In this document: positions 1-12,717 of the stretch, piece after piece
Layout: each line of letters opens with the position of its first letter
How positions within the stretch are numbered: the first letter of the stretch is position 1
Assembly (NCBI RefSeq): GCF_018977255.1
Contig: NW_024704747.1
Location: forward strand, 19,654,001-19,718,000
Origin: Callorhinchus milii
Taxonomy: Eukaryota
Direction of reading: 5' to 3'
Length of the DNA: 64,000 nt
The notes under the pieces: generated by a model
What the model was told of the DNA's origin: nothing
Database searches by the model: none
The model's input: the letters and a program-made list of their open reading frames with translations, nothing else
Made by a program: the position numbers and the translations under genes

Positions 1-467
1 TGTGATTTGAATGTATTTTGTTTCAATTTGAGCTTTTTAGTCCGAATACTCAACAGGCAGAATTAGCCAAAGATGGCGTATACTGATAAGCACAGTGAGA
101 ATTAATCACTGTATAGCGCATGGATTTTACACATTTTGAAATCTATATCTATAAATAAGAGCAACTGAACAATGTAATTGGTTAGATAGTCAGGTAACTA
201 CTTTTTCTGCTTTTTTAACATTGGAATTTTTATTTTTCACATGAACTAGATTTGTGCACTGCAGTATTGGTGTGTGAAAGAGCAGAAACTCGATGTATAA
301 AACCAGGAGATATTCAATCACCCAAACCAGTTATGAGAATGTGGCACAGACGTCAAACGATGCAGAATCAATTGAGTTGTTTAAAGAGTAAATGAATAAC
401 TTCTTCAGTGTTTTTAATTAACTTTTTTTTAAAGTTAATAAAATTTACTTTTTCAGATGATTTTACC

Positions 468-580
468 CAAAAATATACAGTCAATTCACTTTACAGTCTA
501 TGCTGTGAAGCGCTTTGAGACATCTGGAAGACGTGAAAAGTGCTAAATCAAATGCAAGGATTATTATTATTATTATTATG
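468..580 (+). mobile_element. SINE 3' fragment with (ATT)n tail
   Basis: aaatatacagtcaattcactttacag...gtgaaaagtgctaaatcaaatgcaaggattattatt, the motif repeated many times in this window. Confidence 0.8.
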
Positions 581-1032
581 TAATGATGAGGAGAAAGGCT
601 GACTTTGGGAATTTAAAGATAAACCATAACCGTAAAAATTGGTGGAGCAGACTGAATAGGATACTGGTTTAAGTTACCAGACCTAAAAAATTCCTGAAGA
701 TAGTAAGTCAGTTTACATTATGCGTTTAATGTAATTGTCCTTGGTAGAATTTGCATCAATCTGATCAGTAATTGAGTGTAAAGTTATTCATAGGACACAC
801 AACTATGTTCTTCATGGGACACGCAACTATGGACGTCCTCCCGACGTGAAAAGCGCTATATCAAATGCAAGGATTATTATTATTATTATTAAAACATGGA
901 ATATTAGAAGGAAGCTGGAACACAACAGTTATACAGTTTACATGGAATACCAGACAATGTCGCTTGTATCCAAATGTTTTATTCATGTTTAGTGGCGTTT
1001 CATGAAGGCAAATACAATTCTTCAAGAACTAT

Positions 1033-2048
1033 TTAGAAGAAATCCCTCATACGTCTGAAAGATCCAATAGTTGAGCTGGAAGAGCCCCAGTCGCTGAATC
1101 GCCTGTACTCTCCAGGTCTCATGAAATACTGGCGGCCTCTGTAGTTGGGCTGATCATACATGATCCAGTAGCCATCCATCACGTTGCAGGAGTGGATGTC
1201 ACGGTAGCGGAAACGGTCATAGACGGATGGGCAGTCATCCATGAATTCCATCATCTGTCCTCCAAAGTCAGGTCTCTCATACACCCTCATTCTGTAGGAG
1301 CCACCTCTGTACTGCAATATAGAAACACAACATTTGTGATGCAGCTGTGAATATATGCACATTAGTATAGAGACCTGAAAGGCAGGATGTGATCACAATG
1401 ATGATCAAGTCTTTATGTGATAAAGCAACATATTTCCAGTGAGATTGAACCTGCCCTCAGTAATAATCTTGCCAAGAAGTGCAAATAGAATGTAACAGTT
1501 TTTCCATTACCTAAATTGCCTTTTGAGGTGAAAGTTGAGTAAGACATCAAATCAAGTGGGAATAACCAAACAAAAGGGAACATCAGGATCTATAACATAA
1601 ACACTGAGAGCTGATATATAATGAATTCATGGAACAAAACACTCTAAATTGTTTAACCAAATAAATCAGGCTTATAAATGACTTTGCAACTGTGACTTAC
1701 GTATGGGTATGTACGGCATGATCTGATGCTGTCATTGTAGCCCATCCAGCGCTGGTAGTCAGGATACTCTCCCCTGGTCAGAACGTACTGGTATCCCCTG
1801 TAATTGGGTCTCTCATACAGAACCCAGAAGTCACTCTCAACGCGGATGGAGTTACAGCGGCTGAAGTAAGACTGCAGGTCGGCAGAGTCAGAGCTGCACT
1901 CATAGTGCCGTCCCTGGAAGTTCCTGTCCTCGTAAAAGATGATCTGAAAAAAGACACAAGTTCAGTCAGTAATTTATCACATTCAGAGATCTGTGCTGTG
2001 AACTGTAAATACAATGTGAGAAATAAAGTTTGGCCTTACCTTTCCCAT
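1033..2048 (-). CDS. gamma-crystallin (gammaM-like), cluster copy 1, 176 aa
   Basis: Exons 2040-2048 (MGK), 1701-1943 ([16 protein letters not shown]...RSCRTYPY) and 1033-1311 ([20 protein letters not shown]...RRMRDFF*). GT-AG phase-0 introns, Greek-key motifs, TATA upstream, AATAAA at 978-983. Confidence 0.96.
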
Positions 2049-2107
2049 TTTGAGCTCAAAGTTAACTCAGCAACTGAGTGGATGTGCCATTGCTTCCCAC
2101 AGCCTGG

Positions 2108-2203
2108 TATTTATACACTGGACAGAGAGGACACAGCGAGGAATACTTTTGTTATTCTAATGACTTGGGGCTGATCATCAGCAGAAAACGTTACAGAACA
2201 AAA
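2108..2203 (-). promoter_or_regulatory. Crystallin promoter: TATA box, MARE-like palindrome, Sox-like sites
   Basis: TATAAATA at 2108-2115, TGCTGAtgaTCAGC at 2170-2183, AACAAAA-type sites at ~2147-2153 and 2197-2203. The same block recurs before copies 2-4 (TATA at 5878-5885, 9811-9818, 13892-13899). Maf and Sox control of gamma-crystallin promoters is established knowledge. Confidence 0.7.
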
Positions 2204-3609
2204 ACCCCCATTGCAGAAAGACACCTGTATTCATATTGACAACATGACCATCCATCCTTTTCATTTTGCTTTCACATCATTTACATTGTTCTATGACAAC
2301 ATACAACCTTGCGCTAAATTTTACAACTGTTTGCCATTTGTTAAACCTCGTTTTACTAATGATATGAACAAACATGATCAGCATACAATATTCATCAAAT
2401 TAAAAAGTGATCAGTAGCTGATATGGATTTGTGAAATTTCCTTAAGTATTTCTGCAACAGATGGAATATCAGAATTAGATGTTTCATGTTCTGTGTCTTC
2501 TGTGGGCTTCGTAGCTCTACAACAGATATAAGGAATATTATTATATTATGTTTGCTTCAATTAAACTTAAGGTAAGTAAAGGGAGTGCTGCGCATGGAAT
2601 TCATCAGGCCACAACCCTACATCTGACACATTTTGGATCAATTCAGCAAGTTAGTGAAATAGCTAATCTCTCTGAGTGAAAAATGGATACAAAGCATCAA
2701 GATGGAGTTCACAGCGTTTGTCAAAGGTTAAATCAGTCACACACCAGGAATGGTCAAGATTTGTCCTTAGAGGTAATATCTGTGATGGTTAATGGGCGCA
2801 TTTAACTTGTCTACAAACGTCTTTACAGGAAAATAAAGGTCATTCCTGAATGATACAGCAATATGACTACTTAAAGGCCATGTAACGTAATGTGAAGGAA
2901 ATGGTGAAGGAGCTGTAGATTTGTCCACAAATCCAAATGATGCATTTGGATGGTTATGGAATCCAATCCTTGAATTCCCTAGTAATGTTATAAATGTATT
3001 CATTATTTCATATGTTCCAGTTACTTTTCTAAAAGTTCACCTTGAATTGATCTCAGTCTAAGATAACTCGTGAAATAATCTTAAATTAGATTGAAAGCTC
3101 TGAAAAGTGAGTCCAGAAACATTTCATTACATTTTGTTGTGTGATCTTGAGAAATACACGGCCTCAAAAGGTCATGTTATTGTGTAAAGTCATGTCTACA
3201 ATCGATTCCAACCTTCCTTGCCCCCAAAATGGACAAAAGAGAATAGTTTTTTGGATATCCTGTTAATTGTACATACCACAAAAGATTGATCAAACACAAT
3301 CGAACATCTTTCTCCCCAATTTCCATCTTCTCAATCCTTACATCGATATTCTGAGCAGTATAAAGGTGTCCCTTATTCATATTAAGAAAAATTGCTAGAA
3401 TGAATGATTGTATACATATATATTTTGTATATTACAGCATCATAAATATGAGCAGCTGAACAATTGTAATAAGATGAATACACACTGAGCTTTCTCTATT
3501 GTTTTACTATTAAAATTTAAATTTCTGACTTGAAACGGATATGACAGATTCTAGTTTACTACAGAATTGGTAACTGAAAGTGCACAGATATTGCATGTTG
3601 GAGTCCCAT

Positions 3610-3790
3610 CAGCATAGTGATTAGCACGCTCAAGTCGCAAGCGAGAGGACCTGGGTATGAAGCCCAGGCAGCGTGAAATCTTGGGCAAGTTTCCTTACTC
3701 CACATATCCCTGTTTATCTAGCAGTAAATCAGAACTCGTTTATGGTCAAATGGCGGATTGCTTTCTGAGGATAATAATCCTCCTCCCAAA
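3610..3790 (+). mobile_element. tRNA-derived SINE 5' portion (duplicated at ~7545 and ~11475)
   Basis: Degenerate A/B-box head followed by ttgggcaagtttccttactcc, matching the head of the fuller copy at 41589-41961. Confidence 0.65.
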
Positions 3791-4802
3791 TATATTAAAA
3801 ATAATATGGTAGTCACTCCATGACATGTTTGTGGGATATTGTTCTATGGTAATAGTATTATTAATGGTAATTTGACAGTGTATTTGGCAGTTCTTATCCA
3901 GCGGAGATACACTATGTGTTACAGCCAAACGATTCGTTTGACCATCACGGATATACTTTATTTATAATTCCATGGGTCATAAACTTTTGAATGAATACAC
4001 TGTGATTTGAATGTGTTTCATTTCAATTTGTGCTATTTGGTCCTAATACCAACACTCAACTGGTAGAACTAGCCAAAGATGGCTTATACTAACAAGCATA
4101 GTGAGAATTAATGACTGTGTAGTGCATGGATTTTGCACATTATGAAATCTATATCTATAAATAAGAGTAACTGAACAATGTAATTGGTTAGATAGTCAGG
4201 TAACTACTTTATCTGCTTTTTTCACAATGGAATTTCTATTTTTCTCATCAACTAGATGTGACAGATTTTTGTGCACTGCATTATTGGTGTGTGAAAGAGC
4301 AGAAACACAATGTATATAACCAGGAGATATTCCTTCACACAAGAATGTGGCACAGACGTCAAAAAATGAAGAATTATTTGAGTTGTTAAAACAGTAGATG
4401 ATTAACTTCTTGAGATGTAAGGGAATAAATGATGACGAAAAAGGCAGACTTTGGCTTAAAGACTTAAAGATAAACCATAATCGTAAAAATTGGTGGAGCA
4501 GACTGAACAGGAAAGTGGCTTCAGTTGCCAGACATGAAAATTTCTTGAAGATAGTAAGTCAGTTTACATTGAACATTGAAAGTAATTGTCCTTGGTAGGA
4601 TTTGTATCCATCTGATCAGTAATTCATTGTAAAGGTATTCATGGGATATGTAACTATGTTAAAACATGGAATATTAGAAGAAAGCTGGAACACAACAGTT
4701 ATAAAGTTTACATGGAATCCCAGACAACGTCGCTTGTATCCAAATGTTTTATTCATGTTTAGCGCTGTTTCATGAAGCCAAATACAATTCTTCAAGAACA
4801 AT

Positions 4803-5818
4803 TTAGAAGAAATCCCTCATACGTCTGAAAGATCCAATAGTTGAGCTGGAAGAGCCCCAGTCGCTGAATCGCCTGTACTCTCCAGGTCTCATGAAATACT
4901 GGCGGCCTCTGTAGTTGGGCTGATCATACATGATCCAGTAGCCATCCATAACGTTGCAGGAGTGGATGTCACGGTAGCGGAAGCGGTCATAAACGGATGG
5001 GCAATCATCCATGAATTCCATCATCTGTCCTCCAAAGTCAGGTCTCTCGTACACCCTCATTCTGTAGGCGCCACCTCTGTACTGGAATATAGAAACACAA
5101 CATTTGTGATGCAGCTGTGAATATATGCACATTAATTTAGAGACCTGAGAGGTGGAATGTGATCACAATAATGATCAGCTTTTTATGTGATAAAGCAACA
5201 TATTTCCAGTGAGATTGAACCTGCCCTCAGTAATAATCTTGCCAGGACGTGCAAATAGAATGTAACCGTTTTTGCATTTCCTAAATTGGCTTTTGAGGTG
5301 AAAGTTGAGTAAGACATCAAATCAAGTGGGAATAACCAATTAAAAGGGAAAATCAGGATCTATAACATAAACACTGAGAGCTGATATATAATGAATTCAT
5401 GGAACAGAACACTCTAAATTCTTTGAGCAAATAAATCAGGCTTATAAATGACTTTGCAACTGTGACTTACGTATGGGTAGGTACGGCATGATCTGATGCT
5501 GTCATTGAAGCCCATCCAGTGCTGGTAGTCAGGATACTCTCCCCTGGTCAGAACGTACTGGTATCCCCTGTAATTGGGTCTCTCGTACAGAACCCAGTAG
5601 TCACTCTCGACACGGATGGAGTTACAGCGGCTGAAGTAAGACTGCAGGTCGTCAGAGTCAGAGCTGCACTCATAGTGCCGTCCCTGGAAGTTCCTGTCCT
5701 CGTAAAAGATGATCTGAAAAAAGCCACATGTTCAGTCAGTAATTTATCACATTCAGAGATCTGTGCTTTGAACTGTAAATACAACGTGAGAAATAAAGTT
5801 TGGCCTTACCTTTCCCAT
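4803..5818 (-). CDS. gamma-crystallin (gammaM-like), cluster copy 2, 176 aa
   Basis: Exons 5810-5818, 5471-5713 and 4803-5081. Intact frame, GT-AG sites, near-identical to copy 1. Confidence 0.96.
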
Positions 5819-7134
5819 TTTGAGCTCACAGTTAACTCAGCAACTGAGTGGATGTGCCATTGCTTCCCACAGCCTGGTATTTATACACTGGACAGAGAGG
5901 ACACTGTGAGGAATACTTTTGTTATTCTAATGACTTGGGTCTGATCATCAGCAGAAAAAGTTACAGAACAAAACCCCCCATCGCAGAAAGACACCTGTAT
6001 TCATATTGACAGCATGACCATCCATCCTTTTCATTTTGCTTTCACATCATTTACATTGTTCTGTGACAACATACAACTTTGAGCTAAATTTTACAACTGT
6101 TTGTCATTTGTTGTAATTTGTTTTTCTAATGACATAAACAAAAATGATCAGCATACAACATTCATCAAGTTAAAAAGTGATCAGTAGCTGATATGGATTT
6201 GTGAAATTTCCTTAAGTATTTCTGTAGATGGAATATCATAATCAGATGTTTCATGTTCTGTGTCTTTTCTGTGCTTTGTAGCTCTACAACAGATATAAAG
6301 AATATTATTATTTTATGTTTGCTTCAATTAAATTTCAGGTAAGAAAAGGAAGTGCTGTGCATGGAATTCATCAGGCCGCAATCTCACATATCACACACTT
6401 CGAATCAATTCAGCAAGTTCCTGAAATAGCTAATCTCTCTGAGTGAAAAATGGATACAAAGCATCAAGATGGAGTTCACAGCGTTTGTCAAAGGTTAAAT
6501 CAGTCACACACCAGGAATGGTCAAGATTTGTCCATAGAGGTAATATCTGTGATGGTTAATGGGCGCATTTAACTTGTCTACAAACGTCTTTACAGGAAAA
6601 TAAAGGTCATTCCTGAATGATACAGCAATATGACTGCTTCAAGGCCATGTAATATTAAAGTGAAGGAAATGGTTCAGAAGCTGTAAATTTGTCCACAAAT
6701 CCAATCGATACATTTGGATGGTTATGGAATCCAATGGTTCAGTTGAATTCTCTAGTAATGTAATAAATGTATTCATTATTTCATATGTTCCAATTACTTT
6801 TCTAAAAGTTCCCCATGAATTGTTCTCAGTCTACGATAACTCGTGAAATTATCTTAAATTGGATTGAAAGTTCTGATAATTGAGTCCAAAAACATTTCTT
6901 CACACATTGGTGTGTGATCTTGAGAAATACATGGCCTCAAAAACGTCATGTTATTGTGTAAAGACATGTCACATCCATTCCAATCTCCATTGCCCCCAAG
7001 CCATGGCAAACGAAAATAGTTTTTTGGATATCCTGTTAATTGTACATACCACAAAAGATTGATACATTGTACATACCACACATTCGAACATCTTTCTTCC
7101 CAAATTTAATCTTCTCAATCCTCACATTAATATT

Positions 7135-7270
7135 AATCATAATAATAATAATCCTTGCATTTCATATAGCGCTTTACATGTCTTCTAGACGTCTCAAAGC
7201 GCTTCACAGAATAGACTGTAAAGTGAATTGACTGTATTTTTTTTGTGTGGGCGCAATGCGGCAGCCAATA
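7135..7270 (-). mobile_element. SINE 3' fragment (paralogous insertion at ~11070-11200)
   Basis: aataataatccttgcatttcatatagcgc...gtaaagtgaattgactgtat. Present in units 2 and 3, absent from unit 1. Confidence 0.8.
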
Positions 7271-8735
7271 TTCAACTGACTGAACAGTACAAAGGTGTCT
7301 CTTACTCATATCAATAAACATGGCTAGAATTAATGATAGTATACATATGTATTTGGTATATTACAACATCATAAGTGTGAGCAGCTGAACATTTGTAATG
7401 ATAAGATGAATACAAAGATACTTTTCTCTATTCTTTTACGATTAGAACTTACATTTTTCACTTGAAAAGGATATGAATGATTTTAGTTCACTGCAGAATT
7501 GGTGTCTGAAAGAGCACAGATATTGCACATTGCAGTCCCATTAACATAGCGATTAGCACGCTCGACTCCCAAGCGAGAGGACTTGGGTATGAGGCCCGGG
7601 CAGTGTGAAATCTTGGGCAAGTTTCCTTACTCCACATATCCCTGTTTATCTAGCAGTAAATCAGAACTCGTTTATGGTCAAATGGCGGATTGCTTTCCGA
7701 GGATAATAATCCTCCTCCCAAATATATTAACAATAATATGGTCAGTCACTCCATGACATGTTTGTGGGATATTGTTGTATGGTAATGGTATTATTAATGG
7801 TAATTTGACAGTGTATTTGGCAGTTCTTATCCAGCGGAGATACACTATGTGTCAGGGCCAAACAATACGTTTGACCCTCACAGATATACTTTATTTATAA
7901 TTCCATGGGTCATAAACTTTTGAATGAATACACTGTGATTTGAATGTGTTTCATTTCAATTTGTGCTATTTGTTCCTAATACCAACACTCAACTGGTAGA
8001 ACTAGCCAAAGATGGCTTATACTAACAAGCATAGTGAGAATTAATGACTGTGTAGTGCATGGATTTTGCACATTATGAAATCTATATCTATAAATAAGAG
8101 TAACTGAACAATGTAATTGGTTAGATAGTCAGGTAACTACTTTATCTGCTTTTTTCACAATGGAATTTCTATTTTTCTCATCAACTAGATGTGACAGATT
8201 TTTGTGCACTGCATTATTGGTGTGTGAAAGAGCAGAAACACAATGTATATAACCAGGAGATATTCCTTCACACAAGAATGTGGCACAGACGTCAAAAAAT
8301 GAAGAATTATTTGAGTTGTTAAAACAGTAGATGATTAACTTCTTGAGATGTAAGGGAATAAATGATGACGAAAAAGGCAGACTTTGGCTTAAAGACTTAA
8401 AGATAAACCATAATCGTAAAAATTGGTGGAGCAGACTGAACAGGAAAGTAGCTTCAGTTGCCAGACATGAAAATTTCTTGAAGATAGTAAGTCAGTTTAC
8501 ATTGAACATTGAAAGTAATTGTCCTTGGTAGGATTTGTATCCATCTGATCAGTAATTCATTGTAAAGGTATTCATGGGATATGTAACTATGTTAAAACAT
8601 GGAATATTAGAAGAAAGCTGGAACACAACAGTTATAAAGTTTACATGGAATCCCAGACAACGTCGCTTGTATCCAAATGTTTTATTCATGTTTAGCGCTG
8701 TTTCATGAAGCCAAATACAATTCTTCAAGAACAAT

Positions 8736-9751
8736 TTAGAAGAAATCCCTCATACGTCTGAAAGATCCAATAGTTGAGCTGGAAGAGCCCCAGTCGCTGA
8801 ATCGCCTGTACTCTCCAGGTCTCATGAAATACTGGCGGCCTCTGTAGTTGGGCTGATCATACATGATCCAGTAGCCATCCATAACGTTGCAGGAGTGGAT
8901 GTCACGGTAGCGGAAACGGTCATAAACGGATGGGCAATCATCCATGAATTCCATCATCTGTCCTCCAAAGTCAGGTCTCTCGTACACCCTCATTCTGTAG
9001 GAGCCACCTCTGTACTGCAATATAGAAACACAACATTTGTGATGCAGCTGTGAATATATGCACATTAATTTAGAGACCTGAGAGGTGGAATGTGATCACA
9101 ATAATGATCAGCTTTTTATGTGATAAAGCAACATATTTCCAGTGAGATTGAACCTGCCCTCAGTAATAATCTTGCCAGGACGTGCAAATAGAATGTAACC
9201 GTTTTTGCATTTCCTAAATTGGCTTTTGAGGTGAAAGTTGAGTAAGACATCAAATCAAGTGGGAATAACCAATTAAAAGGGAAAATCAGGATCTATAACA
9301 TAAACACTGAGAGCTGATATATAATGAATTCATGGAACAGAACACTCTAAATTCTTTGAGCAAATAAATCAGGCTTATAAATGACTTTGCAACTGTGACT
9401 TACGTATGGGTAGGTACGGCATGATCTGATGCTGTCATTGAAGCCCATCCAGTGCTGGTAGTCAGGATACTCTCCCCTGGTCAGAACGTACTGGTATCCC
9501 CTGTAATTGGGTCTCTCGTACAGAACCCAGTAGTCACTCTCGACACGGATGGAGTTACAGCGGCTGAAGTAAGACTGCAGGTCGTCAGAGTCAGAGCTGC
9601 ACTCATAGTGCCGTCCCTGGAAGTTCCTGTCCTCGTAAAAGATGATCTGAAAAAAGCCACATGTTCAGTCAGTAATTTATCACATTCAGAGATCTGTGCT
9701 TTGAACTGTAAATACAACGTGAGAAATAAAGTTTGGCCTTACCTTTCCCAT
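8736..9751 (-). CDS. gamma-crystallin (gammaM-like), cluster copy 3, 176 aa
   Basis: Exons 9743-9751, 9404-9646 and 8736-9014. Intact frame, GT-AG sites. Confidence 0.95.
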
Positions 9752-12717
9752 TTTGAGCTCACAGTTAACTCAGCAACTGAGTGGATGTGCCATTGCTTCC
9801 CACAGCCTGGTATTTATACACTGGACAGAGAGGACACTGTGAGGAATACTTTTGTTATTCTAATGACTTGGGTCTGATCATCAGCAGAAAAAGTTACAGA
9901 ACAAAACCCCCCATCGCAGAAAGACACCTGTATTCATATTGACAGCATGACCATCCATCCTTTTCATTTTGCTTTCACATCATTTACATTGTTCTGTGAC
10001 AACATACAACTTTGAGCTAAATTTTACAACTGTTTGTCATTTGTTGTAATTTGTTTTTCTAATGACATAAACAAAAATGATCAGCATACAACATTCATCA
10101 AGTTAAAAAGTGATCAGTAGCTGATATGGATTTGTGAAATTTCCTTAAGTATTTCTGTAGATGGAATATCATAATCAGATGTTTCATGTTCTGTGTCTTT
10201 TCTGTGCTTTGTAGCTCTACAACAGATATAAAGAATATTATTATTTTATGTTTGTTTCAATTAAATTTCAGGTAAGAAAAGGAAGTGCTGTGCATGGAAT
10301 TCATCAGGCCGCAATCTCACATATCACACACTTCGAATCAATTCAGCAAGTTCCTGAAATAGCTAATCTCTCTGAGTGAAAAATGGATACAAAGCATCAA
10401 GATGGAGTTCACAGCGTTTGTCAAAGGTTAAATCAGTCACTCACCAGGCATGGTCAAGATTTGTCCATGGAGGTAATATCTGTGATGGTTAATGGGCGCA
10501 TTTAACTTGTCTACAAATGTCTTTACAGGAAAATAAAGGTCATTCCTGAATGATTCAGCAATATGATTGCTTCAAGGCCATGTAATATTAATGTGAAGGA
10601 AATGGTTCAGAAGCTGTAAATTTGTCCACAAATCCAATTGATACATTTGGATGGTTATGGAATCCAATGGTTCAGTTGAATTCTCTAGTAATGTAATAAA
10701 TGTATTCATTATTTCATATGTTCCAGTTACTTTTCTAAAAGTTCCCCATGAATTGTTCTCAGTCTACGATAACTCGTGAAATTATCTTAAATTGGATTGA
10801 AAGTTCTGAAAAGTGAGTCCAGAAGCATTTCTTCACACATTGGTGTGTGATCTTGAGAAATACATGGCCTCAAAAACGTCATGTTATTGTGTAAAGACAT
10901 GTCACATCCATTCCAATCTTCCTTGCCCCCAAGCCATGGCTAACGAAAATAGTTTTTTTGGATATCCTGTTAATTGTACATACCACAAAAGATTGATACA
11001 TTGTACATACCACACATTCGAACATCTTTCTCCCTAGATTTAATCTTCTCAATCCTTACATCAATATTAACAATAATAATAATCCTTGCATTTCATATAG
11101 CGCTTTACATGTCTTCTAGACATCTCAAAGCGCTTCTCAGAATAGACTGTAAAGTGAATTGACTGTATTTTTTTTGTGCGGGCGAAATGAGCAGCCAATA
11201 TTCAGCTGACTGAGCAGTACAAAGGTGTCTCTTATTCATATCAATAAACATGGCTAGAATTAATGATAGTATAGATATGTATTTTGTATATTACAATATC
11301 ATAAGTATGAGCAGCTGAACAATTGTAATGATAAGATGAATGCAGAGCTAGTTTTCTCTATTCTTTTACGATTAGAACTTACATTTTTCACTTCAAAAGG
11401 TTATGAATGATTTTAGTTCACTGCAGAATTGGTGTCTGAAAGAGCACAGATGTTGCATATTGGAGTCCCATTTGCATAGCGATTAGCACGCTCGACTCGC
11501 AAGCGAGAGGACTTGGGTATGAGGCCCGGGCAGTGTGAAATCTTGGGCAAGTTTCCTTACTCCACATATCCCTGTTTATCTAGCAGTAAATCAGAACCTG
11601 TTTATGGTCAAATAGAGGATTGCTTTCCGAGGGTAATAATCCTCCTCCCAAAATTATTAATAATAATATGGTCAGTCACTCCATGACATGTTTGTGATAC
11701 ATTGTTATAGGCAATTAGCTGCTGTGCTTCATCCACCAAATTCCCGTCAATCCACATTGCAAGATATTCTTTGAACCACTTTGAGATGTCTCGCTGATGT
11801 AATAGAGTTCTACATCAAATACTAGGATTATTATTATGATTATTATTATTGTACTGTATTTTCCTAGATGACTATCCAGAAAATATTCCTTCCTACAAAT
11901 GGTTGTGAGAATGTGAAATATGGTACCACCGGCTAGTCATGCATACAGGATCAATTTTGTTGTGTAAAGGGGAGATGGAAAATTACTTGTGAAGGTGGGG
12001 AAATGAAGGTAATGAAGAACAACTAGATTAATGCAATTTAATGATACGCCAACAGCTGAAAAATTGATGGAGCAGCATGTACAAGAAAATGGCTTGAGTT
12101 CCCTGTTCTTAAAAAAGGTCTTTAATTAGTCTCTTTGTGTTGTTTACTTAATGTAAACTTAATGTTGTTTATTTACTGTAAACTTAATGTTGTTTACTTA
12201 ATGTAAAAACTCTTTGGTAGGATCTGTATGTATATGATCATGTGCCAGCCTGGCTCAGTAGCGCTATCACCTCTGAGTTAGAAGGTTATGAGTTTAAGCC
12301 CCATTTCGGTTTTTGAATTCACAGTGTAACCTGACGCACCAGTTAAAATCAATCAATATACATGTTTGGGATATTGCCAAGTGTGAATTAGCTGCCACGT
12401 TCGGCTGCAAAATACATAGTCATTAGATTTTGCAGTAATATACTGTGAAGTGTTTTGAGGCATCCTGCTTAATTGAAAGATGCAATTTCATATGTAAGGA
12501 TTATTGTTATTTTTATTATCTGTATAATGTAAAGATGTAAAGGTGCTCTTGGGGACAAATGATGTTGGTAAACAATTAAAGTATTGAAAGAATGCAGAAA
12601 AACAATTATTCTGTAATACAGTTTACAAGAAAACTCAAACAATGAAGATAGTAGACAAATGATTTATTTATGTTTCGTCTCATTTGATGAAGACAAATAA
12701 AATTCTTCAAGATCAAT

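Larger units (their letters stand above)
1..11700. repeat. Tandem segmental duplication, three ~3.8-4.0 kb units each carrying one gamma-crystallin gene
   Basis: Unit-start sequence tgtgatttgaatgt recurs at 1, 4001 and ~7934. Gene offsets are 3770 and 3933 bp. Introns and flanks align; units 2 and 3 are nearly identical. Confidence 0.93.

Noticed and set aside
1312-1362. ORF-track N-terminus [17 protein letters not shown] suggesting a stand-alone 109-aa crystallin (also at 4803, 8736, 12718)
   Set aside because: It is intron 2 read-through upstream of the exon 3 acceptor; the real proteins are spliced from three exons.
5519-5944. Plus-strand 141-aa ORF repeated at 9452-9877 and in part at 1905-2174
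   Set aside because: Antisense shadow of crystallin exon 2 and promoter; it recurs only because of the tandem duplication.
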